Below, in pieces: positions 61,384 through 64,000 of a DNA stretch of 64,000 nucleotides. The stretch is from Kondoa subrosea. Lineage: Eukaryota. The number at the start of each line of letters is the position of its first letter. Position 1 is the stretch's first letter. The stretch is from contig BCIN01000001.1 in the NCBI GenBank assembly GCA_039545335.1, positions 3,943,347-4,007,346 of the forward strand, written 5' to 3'. The notes under the pieces are model-generated. The model was not told where the DNA came from. It did not search any database and saw nothing but the letters and a program-made list of their open reading frames with translations. Both the position numbers and the translations under genes were made by a program.

Positions 61384-62548
61384 ACGTCACTAAAATCGGG
61401 TCCCGAGCAAGAAGTAAAGAAGGATTCATCTAATTGTATTTCGGTTCTGAAAATTTGCATTGGCAGTAGCTCACTATCTTCGTATACTCTAACTGCTCTT
61501 TCTCTGCTACTTTGTCTTTTTCTGCGTCTTCTCCCTCGCTTACGCGGTTCTTTCTTTGTCTCAGTCTTTGTCTTTTTTGATGATCAATCAAGTTGTATTC
61601 TGCTGGCAAGCACCCGCTACGGCTCGCGATACGAGTGTAACACTAGAAGAATGAATGAAAGCTATACCATCCATCAAAATTCAATACACAAAAAGGGACC
61701 AATAAAACCATCAAGTGATATAGGTGTATTATTCTCAGCGCAATCAGTATCAGAAAAGCCTGTCGCAAGAGTGTACCTGAACTTGTTGGTACCGATCCAG
61801 CAAGACCTTGTTGGAGGAGCGCTTAGTTTCCCAAGACTCGTGTCCAAGACTTCAGAGCGAAAATCAAAATGAACACAAATCTATGTATCTTGAAAAGATA
61901 TCGGGAAAGTTAATGGCAACATCGCCCTAGCTTGGCTCTCTCCAATTTTCTTTTCAAGACACATAGTTGCTTCAAAGTCGAGGACACCCGGGAAAGGATG
62001 AAGAAGAAGAAGAGAAGAGAAGAATTTCGCGCTTTTGAGCTAATCTCGCCACCTCTACTCTCAGGAACAGGAAACAACGCTCTTTCGCAAACTGACTGAT
62101 TCGTGAAAGGTCTACTTGCAAGAAACACGCGAGAATGGCGCGCAGCTAAGACTAGCCAGCATATAGGAGCAGTACGAGGATTGATTGACAATTGACACGT
62201 GTAGTAAGCGCGTCTTTGCAGATGCGGAGTGAGCGAAAGTGGTAAAGAGTATGAAGAGACCGATTGATAAACTTGATTGGCAAGACAGCAATTAGTAGAT
62301 AGTCAGAGCGTGTAGCTACTTTGGAGGAGTATGGGATTGATCTGAAGTAGCTCGAAAATGGCAGAGCAGATTGTGAAGAACAGACGTGAGACATCGCTTG
62401 AAGCTCGCCAGCACCAGGATGCATTTCCCCTTCAAATAGGGAGTCTTTATAGACCTTGAGAGCTAAGAGCACCAACTGACAGCGATGACAATGTACTAAG
62501 CAAGGTCAAGAAATCACTGAGTCGAATGAAACCAATTCGAAGGTTTTC

Positions 62549-64000
62549 ATGATACTAGCGACCATCGGAACAGCAGATGGATTTCAAGCACATCTAATAG
62601 GACCAACGCAAGAGACAGGCATCGCTCATAACTATCCAGAGCCAATTCGCAAGCAATTTCAAGGCAAATCATCCAAGACGAATGCAGAGCATAGACAGCT
62701 ATCAGAGGCGGACAAGGACACTCAATCCTATCACGAGTCGATACAAGACTTTCTGAGCAATGCAGTAGCAGCAGTGAGGCAGGAATGGTGTTCTCGAGAA
62801 GAGTTCGACTGGAGTCACTGGACACATTTTGGAAAACATCGGCGCAAGTCAATCGTGGATGGCGATTCGCTGGATCTAGCGTCCTGGTCGACACTTGCCA
62901 TGGATATTGATCAAGACGCTCTGGTTCTGTCAGGTGAGTCTGATCTTCATCTCGAGCGCAGGGCAGAGACATTGATCCTTTCTTCCGTTAGAAAGTACCG
63001 GCACGATAGTCTCGATAACACAATGTGTTGGGCGTGTTGTGCTGAATCTCTCGAAGCAATATCATGAATTGACTCTCACCGGCGAGGAACACTTTGAGCA
63101 TCTCCCAGTCACCTACCTTCTTCCTCCTCGCTGTGCTATCTTGCTATCAGATATGAGTACCTGGGCGTATCAGCTCACCTTGCTATGTCAGTCTTTCCTC
63201 GGAATTTAGTAGTCCCTGCTCATCATTTCGCCGCATAGTTCAAAGTCAAAACCTTGATTCGCTCGATTTGGTTCTTCTTGTGGGTCTTTATCAATGTACA
63301 CCGTTGCCGCTTCCTGAATTCCGTTGAAGGATCCGCCTTGGCCTAATAAATCTGCTTCTCGCTCAACTTCATACAACGAGATCGACATCTACAACATATT
63401 CAGTATCGATCTACCTTCTATTCTTCGCCTCTCTAATCCTACAACGCCTTGTCTCGTCGCCGTGTGGATCACCAACAGACCGAAATTTCGTCGATTTGTC
63501 TTGCGACGCTTGTTCCCAGATTGGCATTTGACTTCGGTAGCAGACGAATGGTTTTGGATTAAGATCACTGATAAGCCCGAAGGAGCGCGTCTGGAAGAAG
63601 GCGGGCTACCTGTGTTTGATTTGGACAATGCGCATCGAAAGCCATACGAAGGTGATCTTCAACGTCTAAATGTCCCTTTTCAGAGCTGATCTCAAGCGAA
63701 GGGCTTCTCATTGCTCAGTGGAATCCTTCTTCAGGCACTTTGACTCCAACAATCCCTACACGTAAAGTCTTTGTCTCAGTCCCAACAGGTCATTCACGGA
63801 AGCCAGATATTCTAGGTCCGTAATTTTGCTTCCACCGTGATATCAGCAGCTCATCGCCTTATACAGATCTTCTTCGACCTTATCTAGCTAATCAAATCAC
63901 TCCGAACGTACTAGAACTATTCGCTCGTTCAGCTCGACCGGGCCCACAGAGTCAAGTAGGAGAGGAAAGAGGGTATTGGATCTCAGCTGGGAATGAATGC
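62549..64000 (+). CDS. METTL4: MT-A70 family N6-adenine methyltransferase, METTL4-like (runs off the window end)
   Basis: DPPWPNKSA, VAVWITN, EWFWIKIT, PVFDLD..HRKPYE, SVPTGHSRKP, LELFAR, GYWISAGNE; start codon uncertain. Confidence 0.85.

Noticed and set aside
61650..62480. Short ORFs and an intron-like segment between the micro-protein gene and METTL4
   Set aside because: No consistent spliced reading frame or motif could be built; may be UTR or lncRNA but unsupported.
1..64000. Transposons, CRISPR arrays, rRNA, secondary-metabolite cluster or mating-type locus
   Set aside because: No transposase/RT motifs, LTR/TIR pairs, spacer arrays, rRNA signatures, PKS/NRPS genes or pheromone/receptor/homeodomain genes were seen.

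Overview
Gene-dense, intron-rich fungal nuclear DNA. Many ~50-nt GT-AG introns with CTRAY branch points and micro-exons point to a basidiomycete, probably a Pucciniomycotina-like yeast (inference). About 29 protein-coding genes were reconstructed by eye across introns: Cu-only-type GPI SOD, CAB2, PRP18, COX12, SDR, alpha/beta hydrolase, mitochondrial LEA-like protein, DUF3292 protein, divergent ABCC transporter, RING-SNF2 helicase, BMT2, HMG-box TF, GPR1/FUN34/YaaH transporter, MND1, two Hva1/DUF2945-like paralogs, HIS6, MRPL1, WSC protein, PML1/SNIP1, CFA synthase, VPS45, GYP2/MDR1, HDDC2/YGK1, METTL4-like methyltransferase and hypotheticals. Two non-coding features stand out. (1) A tRNA-Thr(CGU) gene at 37616-37746 has its D-stem split by a 56-nt insertion with all hallmarks of a spliceosomal (mRNA-type) intron, plus a 3-nt insertion at the canonical 37/38 site. 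(2) A ~1.3-kb intergenic stretch (~500-1800) folds into nested, strand-specific helices, suggesting a large structured RNA of unassigned class. Gene ends rely on manual splice inference; no searches or folding programs were run.
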